DNA of 64,000 nt from Gammaproteobacteria bacterium (GTDB taxonomy: Bacteria > Pseudomonadota > Gammaproteobacteria > UBA4575), in assembly GCA_965205275.1 (NCBI GenBank), contig OZ242168.1, positions 991,291 to 1,055,290 of the forward strand, read 5' to 3'. Of the stretch, positions 45,110 to 58,886 are shown piece by piece. A program made the translations under genes and the position numbers. The first letter of the stretch is position 1. Every line of letters begins with the position of its first letter. The notes beneath the pieces were generated by a model. That model did not search any database, was not told the origin of the DNA, and was given only the letters and a program-made list of their open reading frames with translations.

Positions 45110-48100
45110 TCAGGCCTCAGGGGCCACTCCAGTCGCTTCAGTATTTCCATTCGTAGCCGAAAGCTCTTCTGCCAACGCCCCCTCAACCATGTCTTCAGGC
45201 AGGGCTTCGCCCTCATCCGACTCACTGAATGCAGCTTCCTCCAGGGCACTGCTGCGACGCGCTTCATGATAGGCCAAGCCCGTGCCCGCAGGAATTAACC
45301 GGCCTACAATGACGTTTTCTTTCAGGCCACGCAATGAATCCTTGGCTCCCCTTACCGAAGCTTCGGTCAAAACACGCGTAGTTTCCTGGAATGACGCTGC
45401 AGAGATAAAGGATTCCGTAACCAGTGATGCCTTGGTCACACCCAGCAGTACGGGTTCAAATGTCGCAGGTTCTTTACCTTCTGCTTCCATTTTTTCGTTC
45501 ATTTCCAGTGCTCGTGATTTTTCTACTTGCTCACCCTGCAGGAAATTTGTATCACCCGGCTCAACGATTTCTGCCTTACGCAGCATTTGCCTGGTAATGA
45601 CTTCTATGTGTTTATCATCAATTTCAACACCTTGCAGACGGTAAACATCCTGAATTTCCTTGACCAGATATTCCGCAAGCTCAATAACACCACGTAAGCG
45701 CAGGATGTCATGCAGACTGAACTCACCATCTACAATAACCTCGCCCTTTTCAACGTATTCCCCTTCAAATACATTGATTTGCCGCCATTTTGGTATCAGC
45801 ACTTCCTTCGATTCGCCCTTTTCATCGGTAATCACCAGACGCTCCTTACCTTTGGTGTCCTTACCAAAGCTCACTATGCCGGTTTGCTCGGCAAGCACTG
45901 CAGGCTCCTTAGGCTTGCGTGCTTCAAACAGATCTGCAACACGCGGTAACCCTCCAGTGATATCACGCGTCTTGGAAGACTCCTGAGGAATACGTGCAAT
46001 GATGTCACCGACATCTACTGTATCTCCATCAGACAGACTGATAATCGCACCCGGATGGAGGGTGTAATGTGCAGGTTTTTCAGTTCCTGTAAACCTCAAA
46101 AGCTCACCTTTTGCATCCAGCAAATTTACAGCAGGCCGCAAATCCTTGCCGGCTGCAGGACGACTCTTTGGATCCAGTACAATCGCAGAACTCAACCCTG
46201 TGACCTTGTCTGCAAACACATTGACAGTAACGCCGTCTGCAAAATCGACCAGTTGAATCTGGCCAGCCACTTCAGTGACAATCGGACGTATATGTGGATC
46301 CCAGGTCGCGACAGTTTGTCCGGCTTCCGCGGCATCGTCATTGTTTACGGCTATCGAAGCGCCATAGCTGATTTTGTAACGTTCTTTTTCATGACCCTGT
46401 TCATCAACTACACTTAATTCACCTGACCGCGATACCGCAACATTGTGCCCATTTTTGTGCTGCACCAGCTTCACGTTGTGCATACGGATCGTGCCTGAGG
46501 ATTTCACTGTGACACCACTGGCTGAAGCCGCACGATTTGCGGCACCCCCAATATGAAACGTGCGCATGGTCAGCTGTGTACCGGGCTCGCCAATTGACTG
46601 TGCTGCAATGACCCCAACTGCCTCGCCTATATTTACAAGATGGCCACGTGCCAGATCCCGACCGTAACATTTTGAACAAACCCCATACCGGGTTTCGCAA
46701 TTTATGGGGGTGCGTACTTTTATCTCATCAACACCCAGGTCCTCAAACCTTTTGCCCCATACCTCATCCAGTAATGTGCCTGCCGGAATCAGAACATTCT
46801 TGCCACTTACATCCAGAGCATCCTCAGCAACCACCCTGCCCAGTACACGACTTTGCAAGGTTTGCACGACATCACCGCCTTCGATGACGGATTTTATCAG
46901 CATGCCTTTGGAAGTCCCGCAATCAAGCTCGGTCACAACCAGATCCTGTGCCACATCCACGAGGCGACGCGTTAAATAACCTGAGTTGGCAGTCTTTAGT
47001 GCGGTATCGGCAAGACCCTTGCGTGCACCGTGCGTGGAAATGAAGTATTGCAACACATTCAAACCTTCACGGAAATTTGCAGTGATAGGGGTCTCAATAA
47101 TTGAGCCATCCGGCTTGGCCATCAGACCTCGCATACCGGCAAGCTGCCGGATTTGGGCTGCAGAACCTCTGGCACCTGAATCTGCCATCATATAGATGGA
47201 GTTAAATGATTTCTGGGTGATAGGTTTTCCCTCTGGGCCCTCGATTTCCTCATTGCCCAGTCGATCCATCATGGCCTTGGCTACCTGCTCATTGGTATGC
47301 GACCAGATATCAATGATCTTGTTGTAACGTTCCTCCCTGGTTACTAATCCGGACGCATACTGGGAAGCGATCTCTTTTACTTCCTTTTCTGCTCCACCAA
47401 GAATGGTTTGCTTCTCTTTCGGTATAACCATGTCATCCGCACAGAAAGATATGCCCGCACGGGTTGCAAAATGAAAACCTGTGTACATCAGGTTATCCGC
47501 AAGGATAACCGTATCTTTCAAACCTGTGCGTCGGTAAGACTCATCGATAAGAGATGAAATTGCACGCTTGTTCATGTCGCGGTTCACCAGTGCAAATGGC
47601 AAACCTTCAGGCAACACTTTGGAAAGTATTGCGCGTCCCACAGTGGTTTCAACGATACGACGCACTGCCTGCATGTTTCCATCCTGGTCTTCATCCACGT
47701 CATTAACCCGGATCTTGACTTTGGCATGTAGTGCGACCGCACCACTTTCATATGCACGCTGCGCTTCCTCCACATCAGCAAAACACATGTCGCAGCCACG
47801 TTCATTCACTTTTTCACGCGTGAGATAGTACAGGCCCAGAACAATATCCTGTGACGGAACGATAATAGGATTGCCATTTGCAGGGGACAACACATTGTTG
47901 GTGGACATAATCAGGGCACGGCTCTCCAGTTGTGCCTCAACAGATAACGGTACGTGGACAGCCATCTGGTCCCCATCAAAATCTGCATTAAAAGCGGTAC
48001 ACACCAGAGGATGTAATTGAATTGCCTTGCCTTCGATCAGGATAGGCTCAAACGCCTGTATGCCCAGGCGATGCAACGTGGGGGCACGATTCAGCAATAC

Positions 48101-49360
48101 CGGATGTTCGCGAATGACTTCTTCAAGAATATCCCAGACTTCCGCACCTTCTTTTTCAACGACTTTTTTACAAGCCTTGATAGTTGGCGCAATACCACGC
48201 ATGTGCAGCTTGCTGAATATGAATGGCTTGAATAATTCCAGTGCCATCTTTTTTGGCAACCCACATTGATGCAGTTTCAGTGTTGGCCCGACCACAATGA
48301 CCGAACGCCCGGAATAGTCCACCCGTTTCCCTAGCAAATTCTGGCGAAAACGTCCCTGCTTGCCCTTGATCATATCTGCCAGGGATTTAAGTGCACGCCG
48401 GTTGGTACCGGTGATCGCTCGACCGCGGCGCCCGTTGTCCAGCAAGGCATCCACCGCTTCCTGCAGCATGCGTTTTTCATTACGCACAATAATGTCTGGC
48501 GCATTCAATTCCAGTAAACGTTTTAACCGGTTGTTGCGGTTGATCACTCGACGGTATAAATCGTTCAGATCAGAAGTTGCAAAGCGCCCACCATCCAGAT
48601 GTACCAAGGGCCGAAGATCAGGTGGCAACACAGGCAAAACAGTCAATACCATCCACTCAGGTTTATTACCTGACCCAATAAAATTCTCAGCCAGCCGCAG
48701 ACGCTTGGAAAAACGTTTCAGCTTTGCTTCTGAACGCGTCTCCTTGATTTCCTGTCTCAGGTCAGCAACTTCCTGCTTCAGGTCAACCTTCTTTAATAAC
48801 TCATAAATGGCCTCAGCACCCATGCGTGCATCAAACTCGTCCCCGTACATCTCAATCGCTTCCAGAAAGGCTTCATCAGAAAGCAGTTGTTTGGGCACAA
48901 GATCGGTCATTCCCGGATCAATAACTATAAATGCCTCAAAGTAAAGAATGCGTTCCACATCACGCAATGTCATGTCCAGTAAAAGACCAATACGTGAGGG
49001 TAATGATTTCAGAAACCAGATATGTGCGACGGGACTGGCAAGTTCGATATGGCCCATGCGTTCGCGGCGCACCTTAGTCAGGGTAACTTCAACACCACAT
49101 TTTTCACATACCACACCGCGGTGCTTGAGGCGTTTGTATTTCCCGCACAGACATTCGTAGTCCTTGTTCGGTCCAAAAATCTTTGCACAGAACAAGCCAT
49201 CACGCTCTGGCTTGAAAGTACGGTAATTGATGGTTTCAGGCTTCTTGACTTCGCCGTATGACCAGGACCGGACCATGTCGGGTGACGCCAAACCAATACG
49301 TATAGCGTCAAAGTCCTCCACTTCACCTTGAGTTTTCAATAAACTAATTAAGTCTTTCAT
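45110..49360 (-). CDS. rpoC: RNA polymerase beta' subunit
   Basis: [12 protein letters not shown] catalytic motif. Confidence 0.99.
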   Translation of the reverse strand: MKDLISLLKTQGEVEDFDAIRIGLASPDMVRSWSYGEVKKPETINYRTFKPERDGLFCAKIFGPNKDYECLCGKYKRLKHRGVVCEKCGVEVTLTKVRRERMGHIELASPVAHIWFLKSLPSRIGLLLDMTLRDVERILYFEAFIVIDPGMTDLVPKQLLSDEAFLEAIEMYGDEFDARMGAEAIYELLKKVDLKQEVADLRQEIKETRSEAKLKRFSKRLRLAENFIGSGNKPEWMVLTVLPVLPPDLRPLVHLDGGRFATSDLNDLYRRVINRNNRLKRLLELNAPDIIVRNEKRMLQEAVDALLDNGRRGRAITGTNRRALKSLADMIKGKQGRFRQNLLGKRVDYSGRSVIVVGPTLKLHQCGLPKKMALELFKPFIFSKLHMRGIAPTIKACKKVVEKEGAEVWDILEEVIREHPVLLNRAPTLHRLGIQAFEPILIEGKAIQLHPLVCTAFNADFDGDQMAVHVPLSVEAQLESRALIMSTNNVLSPANGNPIIVPSQDIVLGLYYLTREKVNERGCDMCFADVEEAQRAYESGAVALHAKVKIRVNDVDEDQDGNMQAVRRIVETTVGRAILSKVLPEGLPFALVNRDMNKRAISSLIDESYRRTGLKDTVILADNLMYTGFHFATRAGISFCADDMVIPKEKQTILGGAEKEVKEIASQYASGLVTREERYNKIIDIWSHTNEQVAKAMMDRLGNEEIEGPEGKPITQKSFNSIYMMADSGARGSAAQIRQLAGMRGLMAKPDGSIIETPITANFREGLNVLQYFISTHGARKGLADTALKTANSGYLTRRLVDVAQDLVVTELDCGTSKGMLIKSVIEGGDVVQTLQSRVLGRVVAEDALDVSGKNVLIPAGTLLDEVWGKRFEDLGVDEIKVRTPINCETRYGVCSKCYGRDLARGHLVNIGEAVGVIAAQSIGEPGTQLTMRTFHIGGAANRAASASGVTVKSSGTIRMHNVKLVQHKNGHNVAVSRSGELSVVDEQGHEKERYKISYGASIAVNNDDAAEAGQTVATWDPHIRPIVTEVAGQIQLVDFADGVTVNVFADKVTGLSSAIVLDPKSRPAAGKDLRPAVNLLDAKGELLRFTGTEKPAHYTLHPGAIISLSDGDTVDVGDIIARIPQESSKTRDITGGLPRVADLFEARKPKEPAVLAEQTGIVSFGKDTKGKERLVITDEKGESKEVLIPKWRQINVFEGEYVEKGEVIVDGEFSLHDILRLRGVIELAEYLVKEIQDVYRLQGVEIDDKHIEVITRQMLRKAEIVEPGDTNFLQGEQVEKSRALEMNEKMEAEGKEPATFEPVLLGVTKASLVTESFISAASFQETTRVLTEASVRGAKDSLRGLKENVIVGRLIPAGTGLAYHEARRSSALEEAAFSESDEGEALPEDMVEGALAEELSATNGNTEATGVAPEA

Positions 49361-49442
49361 GATGTCCCTCGTGCCATTTGCACGCTGTTTAAGCCTGTTG
49401 CGAGTACAGCATTCAATAAATGTCCGATCTTTACAGTTTGAA

Positions 49443-52400
49443 TCAGGTTTCCTGCTCGAAATCTATGTTTAAGCCCAGAGAGCGAATCTCTTTCATCAAC
49501 ACATTAAATGACTCCGGCATGCCGGCATCTATACTGTGATTACTGTCCACAATATTTTTGTACATCTTGTTACGGCCCATGACGTCATCAGATTTGACTG
49601 TCAGCATTTCCTGCAAGGTATGCGATGCACCGTAGGCTTCCAGTGCCCATACCTCCATTTCACCAAAGCGCTGACCGCCAAACTGTGCTTTGCCCCCCAG
49701 AGGTTGTTGGGTAACAAGGCTATACGGTCCGGTCGAGCGTGCATGCATCTTGTCATCGACAAGATGATTGAGCTTCAGCATATACATATAGCCCACAGTA
49801 ATTTTGCGATCAAACCGTTCGCCGGTACGCCCGTCCCACAGATAGGCTTGCCCATCCTCTGGCAGGCCTGCAAGTTTCAGCATACGTTTGATTTCAGATT
49901 CCTGCGCCCCATCAAACACAGGTGTAGCCACCGGCACACCCTGGCGTAAATTGTTTGAAAGTGTCATGATTTCATCATCGCTGAACTCATCCAGCGCGAC
50001 TGAAATCCCTTCATCCTTATTATAAATATCATTCAAAAACCCACGTAACGGCTTGGCTGCTGTGGATTCATCAAGCATGTGAGCAATCTTCAGACCCAGA
50101 CCTTTGGCTGCCCAGCCCAAATGGGTTTCCAGTACCTGGCCTACATTCATACGCGAAGGAACGCCTAAGGGATTCAGGACAATATCGACAGGTGTTCCAT
50201 TTTCCATGTGCGGCATGTCTTCAACCGGTACAATCATGGAAACCACACCCTTGTTTCCATGGCGGCCCGCCACTTTGTCACCGGGCTGCATGCGACGCTT
50301 GACAGCCAGATACACCTTGACCATCTTCAAAACACCTGGCGCAAGATCATCGCCTGCTGTTATTTTTTCTTTCTTCTCCAGTAGCTTTTGATCAAAAGAC
50401 TCGCGCTGTTTATTCAATTGTTTGGAAAGCTCTTCCAGCTGTGTAGTGACTTCCTCACCACGAATTCGAATCTCAAACCAGCGTTCACGATCCAGACTGT
50501 CCAGGTACGCTTTGGCAACTTTTGCACCTGCCATCAGTCCATCCGGACCGCCCTCTACAACTTCATTTGTAATCAGACGCTCAACACGGCTGTAAATATC
50601 ATCTTCATAAATACGTAACTGATCATTCAGGTCCTTACGCACCTGACCAATCTCGGCGTCCTCGATTTGCAGGGCACGTTCGTCCTTGCTCACACCATCC
50701 CGTGTAAACACCCTCACATCAATCACTGTCCCTTCCATTCCTGACGGCACACGCAGTGAAGTATCTTTTACATCTGAAGCCTTTTCACCAAAGATGGCAC
50801 GTAGCAGTTTTTCTTCAGGTGTAAGTTGTGTTTCTCCCTTAGGTGTGACTTTCCCTACAAGGATGCCACCGGGTTTGACCTCAGCCCCCACGTACACAAT
50901 CCCGGAATCATCCAGTTTGGCAAGCAGGCTTTCACTTACATTGGGTATGTCTGCAGTGATTTCTTCAGCGCCAAGTTTTGTGTCCCGTGCAAAACAACTG
51001 AGTTCTTCAATGTGTATGGTAGTAAACCGGTCTTCCTCTACGACACGCTCGGAAATTAAAACTGAATCTTCAAAGTTGTACCCATTCCATGGCATGAATG
51101 CGACCAGTACATTTTGTCCCAGTGCCAGTTCGCCCAGATCAGTTGAAGGCCCATCTGCCAATACATCGCCTCTGGCAATGACATCTCCCGGGCACACCAG
51201 AGGTTTCTGGTTAATGCAGGTGTTCTGATTGGAACGTGTATATTTGGTCAGGTTATAAATATCCACACCCGGCTCACCCGCTTCGGTCTCGTCATCATTC
51301 ACCCGTACCACGATCCGCCCGGCGTCTACGGTATCCACTACCCCGCTGCGTCTCGAAACCAGTGCAGCACCTGAGTCAATGGCTACCACACGTTCTATAC
51401 CCGTCCCGACCAGTGGCTTTTCCGCGATTAAAGTGGGCACAGCCTGACGCTGCATGTTGGAACCCATGAGTGCCCGGTTGGCATCATCATGCTCCAGAAA
51501 AGGTATAAGTGCCGCTGCAACCGACACAATCTGTTTGGGCGATACATCCATGTATTCGACTTTTTCAGAAGGCACCAATGAGAACTCATTCCTGTGTCTG
51601 ACCGATACCAATTCGTCCAGAAACCGGCCCTTGCCATCCAGGCGTGCATTGGCTTGGGCAATGGTAAACTGGCCCTCCTCAATGGCTGACAGATACTCGA
51701 TATCACTGGTGACTTTCCCGTTTATGACTTTTCTGTAAGGGGTCTCGAGAAATCCATAATCATTGGTCCGCGCAAAAATAGCCAATGAGTTGATCAGCCC
51801 GATATTAGGCCCCTCAGGTGTTTCGATCGGACAGACTCGACCGTAATGAGTAGGGTGTACGTCCCGGACTTCAAACCCGGCGCGCTCGCGAGTCAGGCCA
51901 CCTGGCCCGAGAGCAGAAATTCTGCGCTTGTGGGTAATTTCAGAAAGCGGGTTATTCTGATCCATGAATTGTGAAAGCTGACTGGAACCAAAAAACTCTT
52001 TGATCGCTGCGGCCACCGGCTTTGCATTAATCATCTCCTGCGGCATCAGCCCTTCGGACTCGGCCAGGGTCAAACGCTCTTTAACTGCCCGCTCCACTCG
52101 CACCAACCCTACCCGAAAAGCATTTTCAACCATTTCGCCTACACACCGCACGCGTCGATTCCCCAGGTGGTCAATATCATCCACCATGCCCTTGCCATTT
52201 GGGATATCAATGAGGGTACGCATCACATCCAGAATATCTTCCTTACTCAGGGTACTCGAACCTGACGTCTCTTCCCGACCCACGCGGCGATTGAATTTCA
52301 TTCGACCCACCGATGACAGGTCATACCGTTCCGGCACAAAAAACAGATTCTGGAATAAATTCTGTGCAGCATCCTTGGTAGGCGGTTCCCCCGGACGCAT

Positions 52401-53525
52401 CATGCGATAGATTTCCACCTGGGCTTCCAGTTCATTGGTAGTCGCATCTATCGCGAGCGTGGATGTAATATACGGACGGCGATCAATATCATTCGTATAG
52501 AGCAATTCCAGTATGTCAACTGAAGACTCCAGAATTTTCTCAATATTTTCTTCAGTGAGTTCATCATTGGCATTACAAACCACTTCACCTGTATCAACGT
52601 CGACCAGATCCTTGGCCAATACCTTGCCAAGCAGATACTCAACCGGAACCTCAAGTTTCTTGATACCCGCTTTTTCAATTTGGCGTACATGACGCACCGT
52701 AATACGTCGACCTGCCTCCACAATCACCTTGCCCTTTGCCTTGATTTCAAATGGAGAGGTTTCGCCACGTAATCTCTCAGGGATTAAATCCAGGATAAAG
52801 CCTGTATCGGTAATGTGTATCGTGTTGGTATCAAAAAAGGTGGAAAGAATTTCTTCGCTGCCAAAACCTAACGCACGCAATAAAATGGTTGCTGGCAGTT
52901 TCCTGCGTCTGTCGATGCGTACAAACAGACAATCCTTATGATCAAATTCAAAATCCAACCACGAACCGCGATAAGGAATGATTCTGGCGGAATACAAAAG
53001 CTTGCCCGAGGAATGTGTTTTACCCTTGTCGTGATCAAAGAACACGCCCGGAGAACGGTGTAGCTGCGATACAATGACACGTTCCGTGCCATTGATAACG
53101 AATGCCCCGGTATCTGTCATGAGCGGCAACTCACCCATATAGACTTCCTGCTCCTTTACATCCTTGACTTTTTTGGAACCTGCAGGGGCATCCTTGTCAT
53201 AGATAACCAAGCGCAAAAGAACCTTTAGTGGGGCATGGTAGGTCGAGCTCCTCAGCTGACATTCCTTGACTTCAAACGGAGGCTGTTGCAATCGATAGCT
53301 TACATATTCAAGTACAACATTGCCTGAATAACTCACGATAGGAAATACTGATTTGAATACCCCGTGCAACCCTACATCTTCACGGCCATTATCAGATTTT
53401 TCATCTTGCAGGAACCTTCTGTAAGAGGCCAGCTGAATCTGCAACATGTATGGAGCCGTTAAAATTTCAGGCCGCTTGCCGAAATCTTTACGGATTCGTT
53501 TCTTGCTGGTATAGCTATATGCCAT
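49443..53525 (-). CDS. rpoB: RNA polymerase beta subunit
   Basis: [21 protein letters not shown]; GRHGNKGV. Confidence 0.99.
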   Translation of the reverse strand: MAYSYTSKKRIRKDFGKRPEILTAPYMLQIQLASYRRFLQDEKSDNGREDVGLHGVFKSVFPIVSYSGNVVLEYVSYRLQQPPFEVKECQLRSSTYHAPLKVLLRLVIYDKDAPAGSKKVKDVKEQEVYMGELPLMTDTGAFVINGTERVIVSQLHRSPGVFFDHDKGKTHSSGKLLYSARIIPYRGSWLDFEFDHKDCLFVRIDRRRKLPATILLRALGFGSEEILSTFFDTNTIHITDTGFILDLIPERLRGETSPFEIKAKGKVIVEAGRRITVRHVRQIEKAGIKKLEVPVEYLLGKVLAKDLVDVDTGEVVCNANDELTEENIEKILESSVDILELLYTNDIDRRPYITSTLAIDATTNELEAQVEIYRMMRPGEPPTKDAAQNLFQNLFFVPERYDLSSVGRMKFNRRVGREETSGSSTLSKEDILDVMRTLIDIPNGKGMVDDIDHLGNRRVRCVGEMVENAFRVGLVRVERAVKERLTLAESEGLMPQEMINAKPVAAAIKEFFGSSQLSQFMDQNNPLSEITHKRRISALGPGGLTRERAGFEVRDVHPTHYGRVCPIETPEGPNIGLINSLAIFARTNDYGFLETPYRKVINGKVTSDIEYLSAIEEGQFTIAQANARLDGKGRFLDELVSVRHRNEFSLVPSEKVEYMDVSPKQIVSVAAALIPFLEHDDANRALMGSNMQRQAVPTLIAEKPLVGTGIERVVAIDSGAALVSRRSGVVDTVDAGRIVVRVNDDETEAGEPGVDIYNLTKYTRSNQNTCINQKPLVCPGDVIARGDVLADGPSTDLGELALGQNVLVAFMPWNGYNFEDSVLISERVVEEDRFTTIHIEELSCFARDTKLGAEEITADIPNVSESLLAKLDDSGIVYVGAEVKPGGILVGKVTPKGETQLTPEEKLLRAIFGEKASDVKDTSLRVPSGMEGTVIDVRVFTRDGVSKDERALQIEDAEIGQVRKDLNDQLRIYEDDIYSRVERLITNEVVEGGPDGLMAGAKVAKAYLDSLDRERWFEIRIRGEEVTTQLEELSKQLNKQRESFDQKLLEKKEKITAGDDLAPGVLKMVKVYLAVKRRMQPGDKVAGRHGNKGVVSMIVPVEDMPHMENGTPVDIVLNPLGVPSRMNVGQVLETHLGWAAKGLGLKIAHMLDESTAAKPLRGFLNDIYNKDEGISVALDEFSDDEIMTLSNNLRQGVPVATPVFDGAQESEIKRMLKLAGLPEDGQAYLWDGRTGERFDRKITVGYMYMLKLNHLVDDKMHARSTGPYSLVTQQPLGGKAQFGGQRFGEMEVWALEAYGASHTLQEMLTVKSDDVMGRNKMYKNIVDSNHSIDAGMPESFNVLMKEIRSLGLNIDFEQET

Positions 53526-53619
53526 CGCGGTCACTCCATCATGAAAATGCGCATGCAAAAAAACCGGGCAGCGTTGATAAACGCTGGCTGGCCAGTGTCA
53601 GGATTAAATCGAGCAACGA

Positions 53620-53994
53620 CTACTTGAGTTCTACTGTCGCGCCTGCTTCTTCCAGCTGCTTTTTGATTTCTTCAGCTCCGTCTTTTGCGACAGCTTCCTT
53701 GATTGTAGAGGGTACGCCTTCAACCGTATCTTTTGCCTCTTTGAGGCCAAGTCCGGTGACAGCACGCACTACCTTGATAACAGCGATCTTGTTACTGCCA
53801 AAGCTGCTCATAACTACATCAAATTCATCTTTTTCAACTTCGGCTTCGCCCCCGCCATCAGGCATGGCTGCAGGTGCAACAGCTGCGGCTGCAGAAACAC
53901 CAAATTTTTCTTCCATGGCCGAAATCAAATCAACCACTTCCATTACATTCATTTCAGAAATTGTCTCAAGAATATCTTCTTTCGTAACAGCCAT
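53620..53994 (-). CDS. rplL: 50S ribosomal protein L7/L12
   Basis: [10 protein letters not shown]; GLGLKEAK. Confidence 0.98.
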   Translation of the reverse strand: MAVTKEDILETISEMNVMEVVDLISAMEEKFGVSAAAAVAPAAMPDGGGEAEVEKDEFDVVMSSFGSNKIAVIKVVRAVTGLGLKEAKDTVEGVPSTIKEAVAKDGAEEIKKQLEEAGATVELK

Positions 53995-54082
53995 TTTTAT
54001 CTCCTAATAAAATCAATGCCCAAATACCATGAAACCAAAAACCCTTACAGCCCGTCTCTCAACCAAGCACAATTTGCGTGTT

Positions 54083-54613
54083 TTACCCACTTGCCTGTTT
54101 CTGGTCACGCACTGCAGCAATCGTTCTGACCAGTGTTGCATGTGGCGCAGCCAAGGTGCGCACAAATTTTTCAATCGGTGCTTTCAGAACCGCCATTACC
54201 ATGCTTATTGCCTGCTCTTTATTGGGCAAGCTGGACAGCTTCTCCAGTGCGGAGGCTTCCATAAGCTCACTGCCCACAGCAATCATCCTTACTACAAGTA
54301 AATCGCTGTCTTTAATAAATTCCTTGGCCAGGCGCGCAGCCGAACCCGGGTCTTCCTGCGAGAACATCAACATAAGCGGCCCAACCAGGCCCGGGTTCAT
54401 GCATTCATAGGAAGTGCCGTGCAAGGCACGCTTGGCAAGCGTGTTCTTCACTACTTTCAGGGAGACTCCCTGCTCACGTGCCTGAGCACGAAGACCAGTT
54501 AATTCACTTACCGTCAATCCGCGATACTCAGCGGCGATGACAGAATGCGCACCTGCAGCAATTTGTGCCACTTCAGATACAACTTCCTTTTTTTGCTCAA
54601 GTCGTAAGGCCAC
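54083..54613 (-). CDS. rplJ: 50S ribosomal protein L10
   Basis: EYRGLTV; VVKNTLA. Confidence 0.98.
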   Translation of the reverse strand: MALRLEQKKEVVSEVAQIAAGAHSVIAAEYRGLTVSELTGLRAQAREQGVSLKVVKNTLAKRALHGTSYECMNPGLVGPLMLMFSQEDPGSAARLAKEFIKDSDLLVVRMIAVGSELMEASALEKLSSLPNKEQAISMVMAVLKAPIEKFVRTLAAPHATLVRTIAAVRDQKQASG

Positions 54614-54785
54614 AATAGAGTCCTTTGAATTCCGCTACACACATAAGGTGTTATTTAACGACAATACAAGTGCCTGTCAGCAAATGTATATCCCTCACCC
54701 TGCAACCCGCCAAGTACACAGCCCTGGTCTGGATAACATGGCTACGCAGGCAGATTCTCTCACTTCGATAAAACCTGAAACCTGT

Positions 54786-55478
54786 TTATGCCAGTACGGT
54801 CTGGTCTACCCGTATCCCCGTACCCATGGTAGATGAAACCGTAACCTTCTTTATATAGATACCTTTAGCTGAAGCGGGCTTGGCTCTTACCAGATCAGCG
54901 ACTAGTGCCTTGAGATTTTCTTCAAGCGCAAGGGTCTCAAACGCAACTCTTCCGATTGAGCAATGAATAAGCCCTCCCTTGTCTGTCTTGAAGCGTACCT
55001 GACCGGCTTTTGCATTTTCCACGGCACTGGCAACATTGGCAGTCACTGTTCCCACTTTAGGGTTCGGCATCAACCCCCGTGGCCCCAGAATCTGACCCAG
55101 TCGTCCTACTACCCGCATGGTATCCGGTGTCGCAATCGCAACGTCAAAATCAATCTGCCCCTTTTTAACCTGCTCCGCCAGATCATTCAGACCCACCAAA
55201 TCAGCTCCAGCAGCCTTTGCCGCTTCTGCCTGCTGGCCTTCAGCAAATACTGCAACCCGCACGGTTTTTCCTATGCCATGAGGGAATACTGTAGAACCCC
55301 GAACTACCTGGTCTGATTTTCGGGGGTCCACACCAAGCTTTACGCATACATCTACCGACTCTTTGAAATTTGCTGCAGCACAGTCCTTGACAAGCTGCAA
55401 AGCCTCATCAAGCATATAGATTTTGCCTGCTCCTGCTTTTTCACGTGCGGCACGAATTTTTTTCCCGGGTTTTGCCAT
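54786..55478 (-). CDS. rplA: 50S ribosomal protein L1
   Basis: [16 protein letters not shown]. Confidence 0.98.
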   Translation of the reverse strand: MAKPGKKIRAAREKAGAGKIYMLDEALQLVKDCAAANFKESVDVCVKLGVDPRKSDQVVRGSTVFPHGIGKTVRVAVFAEGQQAEAAKAAGADLVGLNDLAEQVKKGQIDFDVAIATPDTMRVVGRLGQILGPRGLMPNPKVGTVTANVASAVENAKAGQVRFKTDKGGLIHCSIGRVAFETLALEENLKALVADLVRAKPASAKGIYIKKVTVSSTMGTGIRVDQTVLA

Positions 55479-55482
55479 ACGC

Positions 55483-55914
55483 CTATACTCCTTCCACTTC
55501 CAGTCCCATACTCCGGGCACTACCTGCAATAGTGCGCACCGCAGCATCCATGTCAGCGGCTGTGATATCCGGCATTTTTGCTTTGGCAATCTTTTCGAGC
55601 TGCGCACGATTTACCTTGCCTACCTTTTCTGTATTGGGATGCCCGCTCCCCTTATCCAGCTTGGCGGCCTTTTTCAGTAAAACCGAAGCAGGGGGCGTCT
55701 TGGTAATAAAAGTAAAACTGCGGTCATTGTAAATGTCTATCACAACTGGCACAGGCATCCCTTTCTCCAGATTCTGGGTCTGCGCATTAAATTCTTTACA
55801 GAAATCCATGATATTGACACCGTGCTGACCCAACGCAGGACCTACCGGTGGGCTCGGGTTTGCATCGCCTGCAGGAACCTGCAACTTTACATATGCTTCT
55901 ATTTTTTTTGCCAT
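55483..55914 (-). CDS. rplK: 50S ribosomal protein L11
   Basis: [13 protein letters not shown]. Confidence 0.98.
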   Translation of the reverse strand: MAKKIEAYVKLQVPAGDANPSPPVGPALGQHGVNIMDFCKEFNAQTQNLEKGMPVPVVIDIYNDRSFTFITKTPPASVLLKKAAKLDKGSGHPNTEKVGKVNRAQLEKIAKAKMPDITAADMDAAVRTIAGSARSMGLEVEGV

Positions 55915-55938
55915 TTTCTATTATTCCATTCAGGGTCT

Positions 55939-56472
55939 TCAGCCCTTTTCAACCTGGCCAAAACCAAGCTCTACAGGGGTCGAGCGTCCAAATATCTGTA
56001 CCGCTACAAGCATACGGCTTTTTTCATAATTTACTTCTTCAACTACGCCATTAAAGTCATTAAACGGGCCATCTGTAACACGAACCACTTCACCTGGTTC
56101 AAACAGCACCTTGGGCTTGGGCTGGTCCACGCCTTCCTGCATGCGCACCTTGATATTCTCAGCTTCTTTTTCAGTGATTGGCGCAGGTTTTTCTGTAGAG
56201 CCGCCAATGAAACCGAGTACTTTCGGACAATCCTTGACCAGATGCCAGGTATCATCGTCCATCTCCATCTTCATCAGTACGTACCCTGGAAAAAATTTCC
56301 GCTCACTGCGTCGTTTTTGCCCTTCACGCATCTCAACAACTTCTTCTACCGGAACTAGGATTTCGCCAAATTTATCCTGCATGCCGAGTCTTTCAATTCT
56401 TTCCGCCAATGAACGCTTGACCTGATGTTCAAACCCGGAATACGCATGCACTACATACCAACGCATAGACAT
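55939..56472 (-). CDS. nusG: Transcription termination/antitermination factor NusG
   Basis: [11 protein letters not shown]; [10 protein letters not shown]. Confidence 0.98.
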   Translation of the reverse strand: MSMRWYVVHAYSGFEHQVKRSLAERIERLGMQDKFGEILVPVEEVVEMREGQKRRSERKFFPGYVLMKMEMDDDTWHLVKDCPKVLGFIGGSTEKPAPITEKEAENIKVRMQEGVDQPKPKVLFEPGEVVRVTDGPFNDFNGVVEEVNYEKSRMLVAVQIFGRSTPVELGFGQVEKG

Positions 56473-56483
56473 CTGTAAACTCT

Positions 56484-56852
56484 TTATCTGATGACAAACT
56501 GTATTAAAGTCGTCAAGCCACGATCAACGACCCATAAAAACAATGCCAGAATGATTACTACTACAATGACTACAACAGTAGTTTGCAGGGTCTCTATCCG
56601 CGTAGGCCAAACCATTTTGCGCACTTCGGTGCGTGCATCCCGCATAAAACCTGCAAACGAACGACCACGCGCTGTCGTCAATGCAATAATGGCCGCAAGG
56701 ACAGCGGCGGCTGCGATGCCCAATACACGATACAGCAGCGGCTGGTCCACAAATACATAAAATGCAGCCACACTTGCACCCAGCACACCGATCGATACAG
56801 TCAGCTTAAAGGCATCCATGCCGCTTGCCGTGGCTTCAGCTTTTCCTGCCAT
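56484..56852 (-). CDS. secE: Preprotein translocase SecE
   Basis: EVRKMVWPT; three TM segments. Confidence 0.96.
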   Translation of the reverse strand: MAGKAEATASGMDAFKLTVSIGVLGASVAAFYVFVDQPLLYRVLGIAAAAVLAAIIALTTARGRSFAGFMRDARTEVRKMVWPTRIETLQTTVVVIVVVIILALFLWVVDRGLTTLIQFVIR

Positions 56853-56907
56853 AATTCTGATCTTAAAATTTCTACCTGTAGACGTAGTACGTGATTTTGC
56901 CCATCAT

Positions 56908-56983
56908 TGGCAGGCCAGGAGGGAATCGAACCCCCAACCTGCGGTTTTGGAGACCGCCGCTCTGCCAATTGAGCTACTGGCCT
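56908..56983 (-). tRNA. tRNA-Trp(CCA)
   Basis: Full cloverleaf AGGCCAGTAGCTCAATTGG...CTCCAAA...TTCGATT...GCCA. Confidence 0.97.
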
Positions 56984-57015
56984 AAACTCAGTATCTTGCA
57001 ATTGCCAAACATGTA

Positions 57016-57044
57016 ATTGTAGCGTGATTCTAGGAAGTTTGGAA
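57016..57044 (-). promoter_or_regulatory. Putative promoter of tRNA-Trp-secE-nusG
   Basis: TTCCAA-17 bp-TACAAT upstream of the tRNA. Confidence 0.55.
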
Positions 57045-57301
57045 TAATTTTTTAGGGAAATTCTTGTATATCAGTTCTTTTTTTAGCAACACCTCCATTA
57101 TCGTGGTCTCCCAAGGGTTGCAAAACATGGGCCAGCCACTGAAAACAGCCATATCGGGCACTTTTTGAATCTGGCGGGACAGGGTCGAGCGTCGTTAATC
57201 CACCTCAAATAAGGTGGATTGTCAAACAATCAATAAAATGCCGTGTATTGGTTTGTTACACGGGTACCGGCGGCGTCACGGGCGGGGGTCCGCCGGTGTG
57301 T

Positions 57302-58456
57302 TCAATTCCGGGGTGCCGGCAAGCCGGCGAGCGACAGCACGAGCTGCACCAACTCCGCCTGCCGGGAAAGCCCGGTCTTTCGGAAGATCTGCTTCAAATG
57401 CCAACGCACGGTGCCTTCACTGCGCCCCGTCACAGCGGCGATGTCACGCAGGCTCTTGCCTTCGCCCAGCAACGCCGCTACTTGACTCTCGGCCGGCGTG
57501 AGGCCAAACGCCCCCCGTACCATGCCCGGGTCGATCCGTACAGGGCTCATCGGGTCGACCACCAGCACCAGGGCGGCCACGCGCCGGGCACGCCCATCTT
57601 CTGGCAGATCTTGCACCGGGGTCACGTGCAACACCAGGTGCGACAGTGCGTTCGTGCGCCTCACCACAACCGTGCCGCTCGCACCCGGACCCCTGAATCG
57701 CGGCAGCGCACGGCTTAACACCTTGTCGAACACTACCTGATCGTCCCTGGACGAGGTCTGAAGGATACCCCCCTCATCGAACAACCCGTCGCCCCGGCGA
57801 AGCATTGCAAGCGCCCGGTCATTCGCCGCCACGATTCGCCCGCGTGTATCAAGCTGGATGACACCGGCCAGACTGTTGTCAAGCAGGCCGGCGAGCGAAC
57901 TGCCAAGCGCCCTCGCATCGGCCAGCGCCTGGCGTACCCCTATAAACTGGCGAACATGGGGCAACAGACGCTGGATCATCTCCACCTGGGCCGACGACCA
58001 ACTGCCCCCGTCAACGGGATCGGCAAAACACCAGGCGATGCGCGAACCCCCGTCCGGGCCATCCAGGCGCACGTTGAGACTGTTCTGGAACTTGGCACGC
58101 AAGAGAAATTCGTTGTACGTGCGGGAGGTCTTCATCTCCTCTTCGGTGATGAGATCGCTGATATGGACAATGTAACTGTCCGGCAGTTGCCTCAGGCGCG
58201 GCAGGTGTTCGTCACTCGCATAGTAGTCCGCGTAGTACTCGCGCTCCAACTCCAGGTTGTGTTGCCCGCGATAGCAGAGCCTCGAGAAGAAGATCTCGAT
58301 GCCGCTCTCTACGCGCCCTTCGCCAAAGACCAGGATACTGCCCTGGGTTCGACAGGCGGTGTCGATCAGCCCTGATGCGGCGAGCCACCGGGCATCGTCG
58401 AACGCCGCTTCGTGCAGCAAAGCCAGGATGCGCTCGTACACGTCTTGATCGCTCAT
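57302..58456 (-). CDS. LuxR-type HTH regulator with GAF/PAS-like sensory region
   Basis: C-terminal FGLTPAESQVAALLGEGKSLRDIA...TVRWHLKQIFRKTG; PAS-like GVIQLDTRGRIVAANDRA. Confidence 0.88.
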   Translation of the reverse strand: MSDQDVYERILALLHEAAFDDARWLAASGLIDTACRTQGSILVFGEGRVESGIEIFFSRLCYRGQHNLELEREYYADYYASDEHLPRLRQLPDSYIVHISDLITEEEMKTSRTYNEFLLRAKFQNSLNVRLDGPDGGSRIAWCFADPVDGGSWSSAQVEMIQRLLPHVRQFIGVRQALADARALGSSLAGLLDNSLAGVIQLDTRGRIVAANDRALAMLRRGDGLFDEGGILQTSSRDDQVVFDKVLSRALPRFRGPGASGTVVVRRTNALSHLVLHVTPVQDLPEDGRARRVAALVLVVDPMSPVRIDPGMVRGAFGLTPAESQVAALLGEGKSLRDIAAVTGRSEGTVRWHLKQIFRKTGLSRQAELVQLVLSLAGLPAPRN

Positions 58457-58843
58457 GACACCCCTTTGCCTTCCCGATGCCCGTGCGTGCTTTCAAACCA
58501 CGGTAGGCGGATGAGCCTACGGACACCCTCGTGAACCTGTTAATCACATTGATACGCCGACTGCTTGAAGGACCTGAAAAGGCCGTGGCCCATCACCGCG
58601 GCGATCGTATCGATCCCAACTGCTTCAAAAAGCGGCCGGGATGTATGGGAATGTACGGGTGCGAACGCCGTTTGTCGCCACCCATATGAGGGGGAACACC
58701 AACAAAATACTGTTAATCACTCTTGTATAGCGCCCCTTAATCGGAGTGGTACCTCGAAATGAACAGCTTGACACCGTAATTCACGTGGCATTCGGGCACG
58801 TAGAAAAGAACGTACCGTGTACCTTGCATTCGGGCTTCGGATG

Positions 58844-58886
58844 CGGCCGTGTCACTACCACGTTTCACTGGGTAGTGACACGGCCG
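58844..58886. repeat. Perfect 16-bp-stem inverted repeat
   Basis: CGGCCGTGTCACTACC-11 nt-GGTAGTGACACGGCCG. Confidence 0.85.

Noticed and set aside
44405-53525. Streptomycin or rifampicin resistance alleles
   Set aside because: RpsL TPKKPNS and RpoB cluster I read as wild type
54614-54785. L10 leader RNA upstream of rplJ
   Set aside because: Position fits but the consensus could not be recognised by eye; needs an Infernal search
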